From assembly GCA_040007495.1 (NCBI GenBank), contig JBDTUY010000001.1, positions 1-51,963 of the forward strand: a stretch of DNA of 51,963 bases, given 5' to 3'. Below are positions 24,749 to 33,901 of the stretch, one piece after another (the stretch's first letter is position 1; each line of letters begins with the position of its first letter). The notes beneath the pieces were generated by a model. That model was not told where the DNA came from. It did not search any database and saw nothing but the letters and a program-made list of their open reading frames with translations. The DNA comes from Acidobacteriota bacterium (GTDB lineage: Bacteria; Acidobacteriota; Terriglobia; Bryobacterales; Bryobacteraceae). The translations under genes and the position numbers were made by a program.

Positions 24749-26569
24749 TTAACGCGCTGCTTCTTCTCGCGTCCTGAAGCGCAAAGGCAACCGTAGATGA
24801 AGGACGCGTTCGCGTGAGCGCTCTTCTTCCAGATCGCGCGTACGCGCGCGCAATAAATCGTTAAGCGAAATCATCCCTGCCAGGCGCCGGCTATATCCGC
24901 GCTCAACCACCGGCAGGCGCGTCTTTCCTGTGTCCGCCATCCGATAGACGATGGTGCGAAGCGGCTCGTCTTCATAAGCGACCACCGGATCCGAGTGTCC
25001 CAAGCGTCCGATGGGTTCGCCCTCCATGGCTCGGTCGAAGAATGCCTGCAATTGTGAACGGGTCGCGACGGCTCGTAAATGAAGCTCCGCGTTCACAACC
25101 GGGTATAGCGTCTGCCCGCGATGATGGTCGGCGTGCAATGGCACCTTGAGGTCCCCGCGCTGTGCGTTTTCCGGTATGGCGGCAACATGCGTGCGCATCA
25201 CATCGCGCACGAACAAAATCTCCAAGGGGTCTAAGGAATACTCGCGGCTCAGATGGAATCCACGCCGGCTGATCTTTTCCGTCAGGATCGATCGCCGCAT
25301 GGTCAGCACAGAGAAGGCGTACCCGGTTGCCACCGTGACCATCAACGGTAGAACCATGTTCATGTCATGCGTGACCTCGATCATGAACACGATCCCAGTG
25401 AATGGTGCACTCATGGTGCAGCCTAGCATCGCGCCCATGGCGACGATCGGCCAGAAGCCGACGCCTTCAAAGGGCAGAACATGAGACGCTGCCGCTCCGA
25501 CGGCTCCCCCAATCATCAGCAGAGGAGCCAGTACGCCTCCTGATGTTCCGGAGCCTAGTGAAAAGGCCCAGATGGTCGACTTGACCAGCAATATCCCGAA
25601 AATCACCGTCCACGGAACAGGCTGATCCAGCATCCCGCCGATCAGATCGTAGCCGACGCCCAGCGCGCCCGGGAAGATGAGGCCGCCGATGCCGATCACG
25701 AGTCCACCAATCGCAGGCCACCACATCCAATGGATCGGAGATTTTGCAAACAGGTTCTCGCAGGCGTAAACGGTCCGCGAAAGAAGTCCGGATGCGATGC
25801 CGATCAGGAGTCCTACCGCGATGCAGCCGAGCAGCACCCATGGGCTGACAAACAAAGGATGCGGCGGCGTGGGAAACAGCGGGCCAACGCCCAGCAGAAT
25901 TCGTCGAGCCGATACCGCTGTGACGCTTGCGAGCGCAACTGGGATGAAGCTTCGCGGCTTCCATTCAAACAGCAGGGCCTCCACGGCGAGCAGCACCGCA
26001 GCCATCGGGGAAGCGAACACGGCAGCCATTCCGGCGGCGGCTCCAGCCACCAACAGAGTCTTTCGCTCTGATCCGCTCAGGTGCAAGAACTGCGCAATGA
26101 GTGATCCGAACGCCCCGCCCGTCATGATGATGGGACCTTCGGCACCGAACGGTCCACCGGAGCCGATGGAGATAGCCGAAGATAGTGGTTTCAGAAACGC
26201 GACGCGCGGCTCCACCCGGCTGCCGCGTAGAAGGATGGCTTCGATGGCTTCAGGAATGCCGTGTCCGCGAATCCGCTCTGAGCCAAAGCGTGCCATCAGG
26301 CCGATGATCAAAGCTCCGACGATCGGCACGAGTACAGACCAGTAGCCCAACGTATTCGACGCGGGGGAAGCCGCCTCCGTGCTCCAGCGTTGGAAGTAGA
26401 ACAAGTTCGTAAACAGCGCGATCAATTTCAGCAGGGCCACGGCGACAAACGAACTCAATAACCCGATGGGAATCGCCAACGCTGCCACCCATAACATGCG
26501 GGGTGTTGCTGTGAAATCGCCTAGTTCCTCCGACGCGTGCGCGTTGGAGGGTGCGGATGAATGCTGCAT
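24749..26569 (-). CDS. ClC-family chloride channel / H+-Cl- antiporter with C-terminal CBS pair
   Basis: GSERIRGHGIPEA, GSGGPFGAEGP (with the gating Glu) and GTSGGVLAPLL are ClC selectivity motifs. There are more than 10 TM helices, and the C-terminal ~170 aa are CBS-like. The start is 5 nt after the marR stop. Confidence 0.92.
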   Translation of the reverse strand: MQHSSAPSNAHASEELGDFTATPRMLWVAALAIPIGLLSSFVAVALLKLIALFTNLFYFQRWSTEAASPASNTLGYWSVLVPIVGALIIGLMARFGSERIRGHGIPEAIEAILLRGSRVEPRVAFLKPLSSAISIGSGGPFGAEGPIIMTGGAFGSLIAQFLHLSGSERKTLLVAGAAAGMAAVFASPMAAVLLAVEALLFEWKPRSFIPVALASVTAVSARRILLGVGPLFPTPPHPLFVSPWVLLGCIAVGLLIGIASGLLSRTVYACENLFAKSPIHWMWWPAIGGLVIGIGGLIFPGALGVGYDLIGGMLDQPVPWTVIFGILLVKSTIWAFSLGSGTSGGVLAPLLMIGGAVGAAASHVLPFEGVGFWPIVAMGAMLGCTMSAPFTGIVFMIEVTHDMNMVLPLMVTVATGYAFSVLTMRRSILTEKISRRGFHLSREYSLDPLEILFVRDVMRTHVAAIPENAQRGDLKVPLHADHHRGQTLYPVVNAELHLRAVATRSQLQAFFDRAMEGEPIGRLGHSDPVVAYEDEPLRTIVYRMADTGKTRLPVVERGYSRRLAGMISLNDLLRARTRDLEEERSRERVLHLRLPLRFRTREEAAR

Positions 26570-26574
26570 TGTAC

Positions 26575-27048
26575 TCAGGGGTTCCTTCCGGTTTTCTTAG
26601 ATGTCTTTTTCTTAGCGGACGCGGAGCCGCGCTTCGCTTCCTGTTGGCTCGCGATCAAGTGCAGGGTTTCCATCAAGGCAGGAATACCTCGATGTAATTC
26701 CTCGTGGTGATGGAGCGTCAATTTGCCGAGAATGGCTGAGCCTTTGGAACTGAGTCGGACTTCCGCATTCCGACGGTCGTCCTCTGAACGGCTGCGGCGA
26801 ACCAGGCCATGGGCTTCCAGTCGATCCACCAGCTCGACTACGCTGTGACGCCGCAGGTGCAAGCGTTCGGCGAGATAGCCTATGCCTGCCGAGTTCGGCT
26901 CCGCCGCTTTCACTACCAGCATCAGTTGGTGCTGCTGCGGTTCCACGCCAGCGGATTTTGCGGCTAGTTCGCTGAATTTCAGGAACGAACGAATACGATA
27001 GCGGAATTCAGCGAGAGCGCGGAATTCAGCGGGGGAGATTGCGGCCAC
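26575..27048 (-). CDS. MarR-family transcriptional regulator
   Basis: GTG start. Winged-helix block LMLVVKAA..IGYLAERLHLRRHSVVELVDRLEAHGLVRRSRSEDDRRNAEVRLSSKG. The tail is Lys-rich. Confidence 0.88.
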   Translation of the reverse strand: MAAISPAEFRALAEFRYRIRSFLKFSELAAKSAGVEPQQHQLMLVVKAAEPNSAGIGYLAERLHLRRHSVVELVDRLEAHGLVRRSRSEDDRRNAEVRLSSKGSAILGKLTLHHHEELHRGIPALMETLHLIASQQEAKRGSASAKKKTSKKTGRNP

Positions 27049-27059
27049 TCACAACATCA

Positions 27060-27096
27060 TATCGTAAAACGATACAAATGTGTATCGTAAGGCGAT
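27060..27096. promoter_or_regulatory. Candidate MarR operator: perfect palindrome plus a related half-degenerate copy
   Basis: TATCGTAAAACGATA (27060..27074) is a perfect 6-3-6 palindrome. TATCGTAAGGCGAT (27083..27096) repeats it 23 bp away. Both lie 12-48 nt upstream of the marR GTG. Confidence 0.4.
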
Positions 27097-27118
27097 GTGT
27101 TTCTTGGCAAGAGGGAAA

Positions 27119-27940
27119 CTAGATCGCGAGAACCTTAATCCACAATTGAATGGACGCGAAGACCAGCAGTGCGATCATCGCGTGCCCCAGCACCTTGTGC
27201 GTGATGCGCGCGCTGACGTAGCCGCCCATAATTGCGCCTGGAATCGCTGTTAGCAGCAGAACCAGAAGCCAGCTTGCGGAGACCTGCTGCGTGCCCCAAC
27301 GCCCCAGCAGTCCGCCTAAGGCCGCGCAGAAGATGATGCCCAACGAATTGGCAACCGTGACGCGCAGAGTCAGCCGCAGGATCACCAACATCGCGGGCAA
27401 TAAAAGGAAGCCCGCTCCCTGGCCAACGAAGCCTGCCAGCACCCCGACCAGCGCCGCGACTACGATTGTTAGGACTCCGTTTCGCCCGGATACGTTGTCA
27501 GTGACGAGATCTACAACATTCAAGTCCAGAGTCAACATGCACCCAGCGCCAAGCGTGACCAGAATCGCAAGCGTCACCAGAATGGTTTCACCACGAGCGT
27601 AATGCGAGAGAACGGCACCCGCCAAAGCCCCCACAAAAATCGCACTGCACATGCGGATCAGCAGATCCCGGTTTTGAAATTTAAAACGCCGATGTACAAC
27701 GGCAGCGACGAAAGAGCCAACCAGATCCTGCGTGACTGCCAGTCCGGCGACCAACGGAACTGGGAATGCAGCGGTGTGGGAAAGCGACGGAACTAGCAGT
27801 AGCAACGGAGCCATCAAGACTCCGCCGCCAATCCCCATCAGGCCAGCGAAAAAACTACAGACGATGCCACAGGCTGCGACCAAGCCAATCTGATGAGTTT
27901 CCATTGCGGCGGAACTTAAGATGATTGTAGCAACGTGCAC
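27119..27940 (-). CDS. TauE/SafE-family (DUF81) anion exporter
   Basis: Seven to eight TM helices, with the family's repeated G-rich motif (FFAGLMGIGGGVLMAPLLLL and LAGFVGQGAGFLLLPAML). A later Met (27904) is an alternative start. Confidence 0.85.
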   Translation of the reverse strand: MHVATIILSSAAMETHQIGLVAACGIVCSFFAGLMGIGGGVLMAPLLLLVPSLSHTAAFPVPLVAGLAVTQDLVGSFVAAVVHRRFKFQNRDLLIRMCSAIFVGALAGAVLSHYARGETILVTLAILVTLGAGCMLTLDLNVVDLVTDNVSGRNGVLTIVVAALVGVLAGFVGQGAGFLLLPAMLVILRLTLRVTVANSLGIIFCAALGGLLGRWGTQQVSASWLLVLLLTAIPGAIMGGYVSARITHKVLGHAMIALLVFASIQLWIKVLAI

Positions 27941-27942
27941 GG

Positions 27943-28101
27943 CTATCGACTAAGCTTCAGCTTACTTATTCCGCAGCGCAAATCGCGCGGGTCTACTGAT
28001 GCCGCGCGGCGAGCGGGGAAGTAGCTGGTCGCCAGCGCGACGAAGAGCAACACCGCCACTGCAATCGTGACATTCGCACAGCTTACTGCCCTTGGATCAT
28101 T
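27943..28101 (-). pseudogene. Relic 3' end of an FtsX/MacB-type (ADOP-like) ABC permease gene
   Basis: The unlisted minus-frame reads (stop)NDPRAVSCANVTIAVAVLLFVALATSYFPARRAASVDPRDLRCGISKLKLSR(stop). The last TM helix plus ..SY.PARRA..VDP...LR.. is the stereotyped C-terminus of FtsX-domain permeases. No upstream body exists, because the frame is closed by a stop and overlaps the 3' end of the VOC gene. Confidence 0.5.
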
Positions 28102-28541
28102 TCAATATGATTGCCAACCGGATCGATTGCCATGCCTATTACCATGCCGGTGGTGCCGTACCCAAATGGCTCGCGTTCCATGGAGCCGCCAGCGGCCTTG
28201 ATGGCTGCCACGGTCGCTTTCATATCTTTCACGTTGAAGATGATGTGCGGGATGGGGTCCTTCAGGTCGTCGGAGTCGCGTCGCATGATTACTACCGGCT
28301 GACTCTTGTTGGCCTTGGCAGCGTCCGCGGTTGCACCGAAGTTCACGAAGATCTCCGCGTTGGCTCCTGTGCCGATTCGATTGACTTCAAACATGCCGAA
28401 GGCGGCCTGATAGAACTTTGCGAGCGCGGCGGTATCCTTCGCGCCGACCCGGACGGAGTTCAGCGTGACTTGAGCATGCGCGGTGCCGGCGAGTAGCAGC
28501 GTGGCGCACAGCGGGAACGCGGCGGTATAGATTCGTTTCAT
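28083..28541 (-). CDS. Secreted VOC/glyoxalase-family protein
   Basis: Start at MKRIY (AGGAGG lies 6 nt upstream) within ORF 28083..28595. Signal peptide ..ATLLLAGTAHA/Q. Glyoxalase-like LNSVRVGAKDTAALAKFYQAAFGM..IIFNVKDMKATVAAIKAAGG..DPVGNHIEM. Confidence 0.75.
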   Translation of the reverse strand: MKRIYTAAFPLCATLLLAGTAHAQVTLNSVRVGAKDTAALAKFYQAAFGMFEVNRIGTGANAEIFVNFGATADAAKANKSQPVVIMRRDSDDLKDPIPHIIFNVKDMKATVAAIKAAGGSMEREPFGYGTTGMVIGMAIDPVGNHIEMIQGQ

Positions 28542-28837
28542 GGAAGCCTCCTGGTTTATGATAATCCGCGTTGTTGTGGAATTGCAGCACTGCACGTGGA
28601 ATTCCGCTAGTCAGGTTCTGTGTGAGCCGACCGCGACCCGCAGTCTTTGCGGGTTTGGGTGGAAACCCGGCACGGGGTGAGGAGTTTGTGCGGAGAGTTC
28701 GTGATGCTTGCCCGGAGAAGCCACGGGGCTGTGAGCATGCGGGCTGGTCCTTCGCCCGAACAAGCCCCGATCGCCCGAACAAGCCCCAAGCTTACGCATG
28801 GGGCTTACGCGGCTGGGGTCAACCTTGCTCGGAGGCT

Positions 28838-29653
28838 TCAGTTTTCGGTTGGTACCCGATCCATGTGCGTTACCACTAGCATTTCTAGCGGCAGCTTGCG
28901 TTTTTCAATGCGCAGGCCATATTGCTTTAACGCGTCGGCGAGCGTTGGTGCCGGGTCAAGCGCTCCTGGCGCGTTGGCAGGAGGTTCCCTCAGCCCGCCG
29001 CTCACCTCTGGTGCGAATCGCAGACTGAAGTCGTACAAGCCTTCGATGCCGGTCATATCCACCAGAGGCCACTGCGTGAAGCGGGATGTGACGCCAACAA
29101 ACGTTAACAGGCTCGCACCGGGAGCGGTAACCGTGACGTCTGACGAAGATCCTCCGAAATACACAAGTTGCCTCGGCTTACCGTCGGTTCCCATCGCGGT
29201 CATCGCCTTGCTGTCCGGCTTGCTCTCGGATGGTTTCAGCTTGGGGCCGTCTTTTGCCACGACCAGCGCGTAGACATTGGTTTCCTTCATCTCGCGCCGG
29301 GTTTCGAGCTTGAACCGCTCTGCCAGCAAAGACTGCAGCATCTCCGGTATCTGGTCGTTCGAGACGCCTGCGGGTATCTTGCCTTCGATCTGAAATCGCG
29401 CGTTGGCCATCCAATCCGGTGCGACAATCTGAAAATCGCGGACGCGAAACGCACCACGGATGGTGTCGCGAAGAGTGATGTTGTCGTAGCGGACCACCGA
29501 CGGGTCCTGCGACATGCCGACCAGGATGGTGTTATCTGGATTCGGGTCGGAGGGGCGGACGGCGGCTACTTCGAAGGCGGGCTTTGCGGGTTTCGGTTGC
29601 GAGAAGGCGGCGGTGAAGGAGACCAACATCAAGCAGAGGGCGAACGGCTTCAT
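28838..29653 (-). CDS. TIGR03435-family (soil-associated) secreted protein, intact copy
   Basis: Signal peptide MKPFALCLMLVSFTAAFS/Q. PAFEVAAVRPS.., ..MLQSLLAERFKLETRRE.., ..PLVDMTGIEGLYDF.. and the C-terminal YGLRIEKRKLPLEMLVVTHMDRVPTEN are the family's hallmark blocks. Confidence 0.8.
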   Translation of the reverse strand: MKPFALCLMLVSFTAAFSQPKPAKPAFEVAAVRPSDPNPDNTILVGMSQDPSVVRYDNITLRDTIRGAFRVRDFQIVAPDWMANARFQIEGKIPAGVSNDQIPEMLQSLLAERFKLETRREMKETNVYALVVAKDGPKLKPSESKPDSKAMTAMGTDGKPRQLVYFGGSSSDVTVTAPGASLLTFVGVTSRFTQWPLVDMTGIEGLYDFSLRFAPEVSGGLREPPANAPGALDPAPTLADALKQYGLRIEKRKLPLEMLVVTHMDRVPTEN

Positions 29654-29695
29654 GCTGAAAAGTTTAGCGTGGGTGGGGATTTGGCACCAGCCCTC

Positions 29696-31990
29696 CTAGG
29701 GCTTAGAGATGGCTTGCACCTGCGCTGCGGATGCCTCCGGACCCAGGATGAATCGCACGGCGCTCTCCAGCACCTCGTCTCTGCCTGCTGTAATTCCGGC
29801 GATGGTCGGTTGCGCAACGATATCGGGAACTATGCCTACCTGCTGCGTGGGTGATTTATCTGGATAAAAGACGCCGATACCACTGAACATCGTGGTTAGA
29901 CCGCCGGGGAGGAGGATTTGAGAGAAGTTGCCATCCGCGCCGGACGTGGTGCTGCCGACGACGGTCGCGCCCGCAGCGCGGAAGGCCATGGAGACATACT
30001 CGGCTGCACTTTGCGTTACTTCGTCTACAAGCACCACCACTTTGCCCGGATAATAGGGTTCCTGTGGATAGATCGTCGGCAGTCCCGTCCAATGAAATGC
30101 GCCCGGATTAAACAGGTCGCCCACCGTGATGCGGGCGAATGGTGTCGCGGATTCCACCATGTGCGGAACCAAAGTGGGGCTAATGGATTCGGGCGGGTAG
30201 TTGCGAATATCGATGACCCAGCCCTTGGTGTTTTGCGCTAATTGCAGATAGTTCGGAATATCGTCTGTACTCACGGAGGAGAGTTTGAGGTATGCGACAT
30301 CCGGGGACAACAAGCGGAAAGCGGGTCCCGGAAGATCGTGCGCGCTATTGACGGTCGATTCGGTGGCCGGTAGCGTGGCGCGCGTAGCGCTTATATCGAA
30401 ATTCTCCATGCCGCGTCTGATTCGGAGCTTGGCTGGTCCGCATGCACCACGCGTCATGGCACCGGCGATGTCACGTAAACGGGCATACTGGTTTGAATCG
30501 GCGTAGTAGGGCGTCCATTCCGCGACCAGTTCGCTTACGGCTCGGCCGTCCATGTCCAGAAGGACGTCTCCCCGCTGCAGAGTGGTCCCGATCCCAGAGG
30601 GCAAGATCTGGGTCACGACCGCCTGATTGTCGACGAATCGGAGCATGACTGGGATGTAGCAATCGCCTACCGGTGGCCGCACGTTCAGTGAGCTCCACAG
30701 GTTGGCGTGCGTGTCGCCAAGCTTCCCAATGAATGCCATCAACTGGAGTTGGTAGGCATCGCGGGTCTTCGCCAGCACCACGCGCGGGATAAACTCGCGC
30801 AGTACAGAGTCCCAATTTTCGGGAAGAATATTTCGGTTCGGGAACCAGTATTCGACGATATTCCACAAACGGTACAGCGCAAGCAGTTGGTAGCCTGGCT
30901 CCGGATACGCGTTCCGGGATAATGGATAAGGAAGTTCATAGTCGAAGATTGGGTTTTGGACACCCGGAGCCAGCGAGACGTAGAACTGCCGGCCGCCGTC
31001 GATTGGCCGTTGCTTGTGGATCTCGGTAAGCAGCTTGGCGAGCGGCTGGCCGACGATCGCAGGGTCGGAAATCCAGGACGTCGGGGGCGGCAATTGCACC
31101 CAGGGGTCCTCGAAAAACATACGGCAAGGACTACACGGTGCGATCGGACCGAGGGCACGGAGCCAGTCCACGATCGCCTTACGTCCCGCATCCGAATCGC
31201 GCGCGGCGAGTACGGATGGCAGGATGCGAAACAAGTCGAAGTCCCATTGCCGCTTACCGGTTATGACGCGGTGATCGTAGTATTTGGCGAATCCCCAGAC
31301 CTTGCCCAGGGTCACTAGATTGTCGGTTTGAACTGGAGTCAGGGTATCTAGTTTGATGCCGGAACTTCGATCGAACTCATGGTCGGTCTCCATCGGGTTG
31401 GCGGAACGGTCGTCTTTTGGAGCCTGCCAAATGGGCTTTCCGTCCACCCAAAGCTGCAGATCATCGACCCACAGCCTTCCGGTTCCGCTAAGCACTGCTC
31501 CGAAGAGAAGCTGCTTGCCAGCGCGGCGGAGAGGCATCGTGAGGGAGTACAGCGCCCAATCGTGGGTTCCGCTGAGGTATAAAACGCTTTGCGGAGTGAC
31601 GCGAGAGAAATTATCCGAGTCGTTATCCAAACGGGCAAACAGTGCAGCAAAGCCGTTGACGTCTTCAGTTCGTAGATATCCGCGGAACGAGAGTGTTGAA
31701 CCAACGAAATCGGCGGGGATGGTGATGGTTACTATGGAAGTTTTCTGGGCACTGCTGGCGGTGCGAGTAATGCGTGCTGCCCACTTCCCGGTGTGGACAA
31801 TGTCGGTAACGGCTGCGACCGTGCCTGCCGGCCTGACGCCCCAGCCTCGGGGTGAAGCAAGTTTGTCCGCGGGTTGATTATTCTCAAAGCCTAAAAGCGG
31901 AGGAAGGTCGGCGGCCTTGGGGCGGGCGGTTTGAGCGAAAGCGCCTGAAACGAGGAGCAGAACGGTGGCCAGCAGGCGCGGAATGCTCAT
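29696..31990 (-). CDS. Large secreted S41-family peptidase with N-terminal jelly-roll/CBM-like domain
   Basis: Signal peptide LLATVLLLVSGAFA/Q. The N-terminal ~190 aa are beta-sandwich-like (..GRLWVDDLQLWVDG). The C-terminal S41 core is VIDIRNYP..GKVVVLVDEVTQSAAEYVSMAFRAAGATVVGSTTSGADG. Confidence 0.8.
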   Translation of the reverse strand: MSIPRLLATVLLLVSGAFAQTARPKAADLPPLLGFENNQPADKLASPRGWGVRPAGTVAAVTDIVHTGKWAARITRTASSAQKTSIVTITIPADFVGSTLSFRGYLRTEDVNGFAALFARLDNDSDNFSRVTPQSVLYLSGTHDWALYSLTMPLRRAGKQLLFGAVLSGTGRLWVDDLQLWVDGKPIWQAPKDDRSANPMETDHEFDRSSGIKLDTLTPVQTDNLVTLGKVWGFAKYYDHRVITGKRQWDFDLFRILPSVLAARDSDAGRKAIVDWLRALGPIAPCSPCRMFFEDPWVQLPPPTSWISDPAIVGQPLAKLLTEIHKQRPIDGGRQFYVSLAPGVQNPIFDYELPYPLSRNAYPEPGYQLLALYRLWNIVEYWFPNRNILPENWDSVLREFIPRVVLAKTRDAYQLQLMAFIGKLGDTHANLWSSLNVRPPVGDCYIPVMLRFVDNQAVVTQILPSGIGTTLQRGDVLLDMDGRAVSELVAEWTPYYADSNQYARLRDIAGAMTRGACGPAKLRIRRGMENFDISATRATLPATESTVNSAHDLPGPAFRLLSPDVAYLKLSSVSTDDIPNYLQLAQNTKGWVIDIRNYPPESISPTLVPHMVESATPFARITVGDLFNPGAFHWTGLPTIYPQEPYYPGKVVVLVDEVTQSAAEYVSMAFRAAGATVVGSTTSGADGNFSQILLPGGLTTMFSGIGVFYPDKSPTQQVGIVPDIVAQPTIAGITAGRDEVLESAVRFILGPEASAAQVQAISKP

Positions 31991-32038
31991 ATTGGTCTGT
32001 TATACACCCAATTACAGACGAATAGTTTTGGCGACGGC

Positions 32039-32836
32039 TTAGATCGTGTCCCCGAGCAGTTCCTTCAACTTTGCGTGGCCGCTGCGGCTTACCGGTAGCT
32101 GCGCGCCGTCTCTGAGCACGGCAACGCGGCTGTCTTTGGTGTACGGCTCGATGCGGGCGATGCGTTCCAGATTTACTACGTAGGAGCGGTGAATGCGGAC
32201 GAATTGTTTCGGGTCGAGCTGGGTTTCGAGGCTCGATATGGTCTGCTGTTTCAGGTAGACTTTCTTGTCGCTATGGATGCCGACGTAGTCGTCCTGCGCT
32301 TCCAGATAATCTAACTTGGCGACGGGAATGATGTGGACCTTGGTTCCGTCGCGGACCACGACGCGTTCCAGCGCTTGACCAGGGGGCCTTGCAGCATTGG
32401 CCAGTTCTGTTGCGGCGTAGGCACGGGGGCCGGGAGTGCGCAATAGAGCGCGGGTGCGGTCGAGCGCGGATAGGAGGCGGTCCAGCGCGAACGGCTTCAG
32501 CAGGTAATCGACTGCCTGCGCGTCGAATGCCTTCATGGCGTATTGATCGTAAGCGGTGACGAAGATCACGGCCAAGCCGGGATGATCCAACAGCTCCAAT
32601 ACTTCAAAGCCATCGAGCTTCGGCATCTGGATGTCGAGAAACATGACGTCGGGCTTGAGCTCGGCTGCGGCCTTAACCGCTTCAAATCCATTGGCACATT
32701 CAGCGATGACTTCGACGCCTCCGGCGGTAGTCAGCTGTTCGCGTAGGAGCATTCGTGCGAGTTCTTCGTCGTCGACTATGACGGCACGAAGGGGGGTCAC
32801 ATTGATTAAAGGCTCAGGTGGGGGATTCAGTCCCAT
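32039..32836 (-). CDS. LytR/AlgR-family response regulator (REC + LytTR DNA-binding domain)
   Basis: REC: AVIVDDEELAR..PDVMFLDIQMPKLDGFEVLE..VIFVTAYDQYA. LytTR: ..VKLDYLEAQDDYVGIHSDKKVYL..SLETQLDPKQFVRIHRSYVVNLERI. The ATG abuts the kinase stop. Confidence 0.92.
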   Translation of the reverse strand: MGLNPPPEPLINVTPLRAVIVDDEELARMLLREQLTTAGGVEVIAECANGFEAVKAAAELKPDVMFLDIQMPKLDGFEVLELLDHPGLAVIFVTAYDQYAMKAFDAQAVDYLLKPFALDRLLSALDRTRALLRTPGPRAYAATELANAARPPGQALERVVVRDGTKVHIIPVAKLDYLEAQDDYVGIHSDKKVYLKQQTISSLETQLDPKQFVRIHRSYVVNLERIARIEPYTKDSRVAVLRDGAQLPVSRSGHAKLKELLGDTI

Positions 32837-33853
32837 TTACGATTCACTCCGATGGCAGGGGAATTTCATTTCAACACGAAAGCGATTGTTCTCGGATGTG
32901 GTGGCGAACTGTGCGGATGATCCGAAGCGCGTATACAGGCGGTCGCGAACGTTGCGCAAGCCGAGTCCGCTGCGACGAGGAGGAGGGGCCTCGGGATCGA
33001 AGGCGTTCTCTACACTGACTTCCAATTGATTGCCGACCAAGCGGCTGATGAGAGAAACGGTACCGCCTTCGACCAGGGTCGCGATGCCGTGCTTGATGGC
33101 ATTTTCAACCAGAGGCTGTAGCAGTAGAGGCGGCACCTGGCAATCGGTGCAACTGTGGTCCACATCCATGTCGACCTGGAGCCGCGCGCCGAAGCGGACT
33201 TGCTCGACTTCCAGATAGTTTCGGGCCAGTTGTAGTTCTTCTCGCCAAGTGACGTGCTCACGTTCGCCGAGACCGAGCGTATTGCGCAAGAATTCCGACA
33301 GGCGGACGCACATCTCACGAGCCTTGGCGGGATCGACGGCGGTCAACGCGCTAATAGAGTTGAGGCAATTGAATAAAAAGTGTGGATTGATTTGCGATTT
33401 TAACGCGCGCAGCTCGGCGTCGCGGGCTTCAATCGCCGCAACTCGCGATGCTTCGACGGCGAGGAACATGTAGTGGAGCGCAACTGATAACAGGTAGAGC
33501 AGAACACCGACGGCAATCAGTTCGAGAATCGCGTCATCAAGGCGATCGCCCAAGCTGAGCGTTTCACCGATGATCCGCGCCAAACCGACCCACAGAGCGG
33601 AAGCCAAAATAGCCGCGCCGACATGATTCACCGCCAGGCGGATCGCGCTAGTGGATTCCAAAGGCATCACGCGGCAAACATACCAGGGGGTTAGACACAG
33701 CAAGGAGTAAAACAAGCACAGAGGTCCCATCACCAACAGGGCTTCGTCCCAGCGGAGATTGCCGGGCAGGGCTATGAGAAGGATCGCGGACAGGATCGCC
33801 CAGGAGCCCAGGTAGACTGCGAGTCCGTTCTTGATTTTGAGGATGGGGTGCAT
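32837..33853 (-). CDS. LytS/YehU-type sensor histidine kinase (intramembrane-sensing; His_kinase PF06580 + HATPase)
   Basis: About 4-5 N-terminal TM helices and no large loop. LKSQINPHFLFNCLNSISAL is the H-box region. PPLLLQPLVENAIKHG and GLGLRNVRDRL are the N and G boxes. Confidence 0.9.
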   Translation of the reverse strand: MHPILKIKNGLAVYLGSWAILSAILLIALPGNLRWDEALLVMGPLCLFYSLLCLTPWYVCRVMPLESTSAIRLAVNHVGAAILASALWVGLARIIGETLSLGDRLDDAILELIAVGVLLYLLSVALHYMFLAVEASRVAAIEARDAELRALKSQINPHFLFNCLNSISALTAVDPAKAREMCVRLSEFLRNTLGLGEREHVTWREELQLARNYLEVEQVRFGARLQVDMDVDHSCTDCQVPPLLLQPLVENAIKHGIATLVEGGTVSLISRLVGNQLEVSVENAFDPEAPPPRRSGLGLRNVRDRLYTRFGSSAQFATTSENNRFRVEMKFPCHRSES

Positions 33854-33901
33854 GAAGAGGGGCTGGCTGGTTATCAGGCCGGCCTGGAAGTGTTCAGGCT
33901 A

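Noticed and set aside
26570-27118. Fluoride riboswitch / ClC-F fluoride exporter interpretation of the ClC gene
   Set aside because: The ClC protein has the canonical GSGIP-like and GxEGP motifs and a CBS pair, which is the chloride type. It is preceded by a MarR gene with only a 5-nt gap, leaving no room for a crcB-motif RNA.
28752-28787. CRISPR-like or minisatellite array
   Set aside because: There are only two tandem copies of a 17-19-bp unit, with no spacers and no cas genes anywhere in the window.
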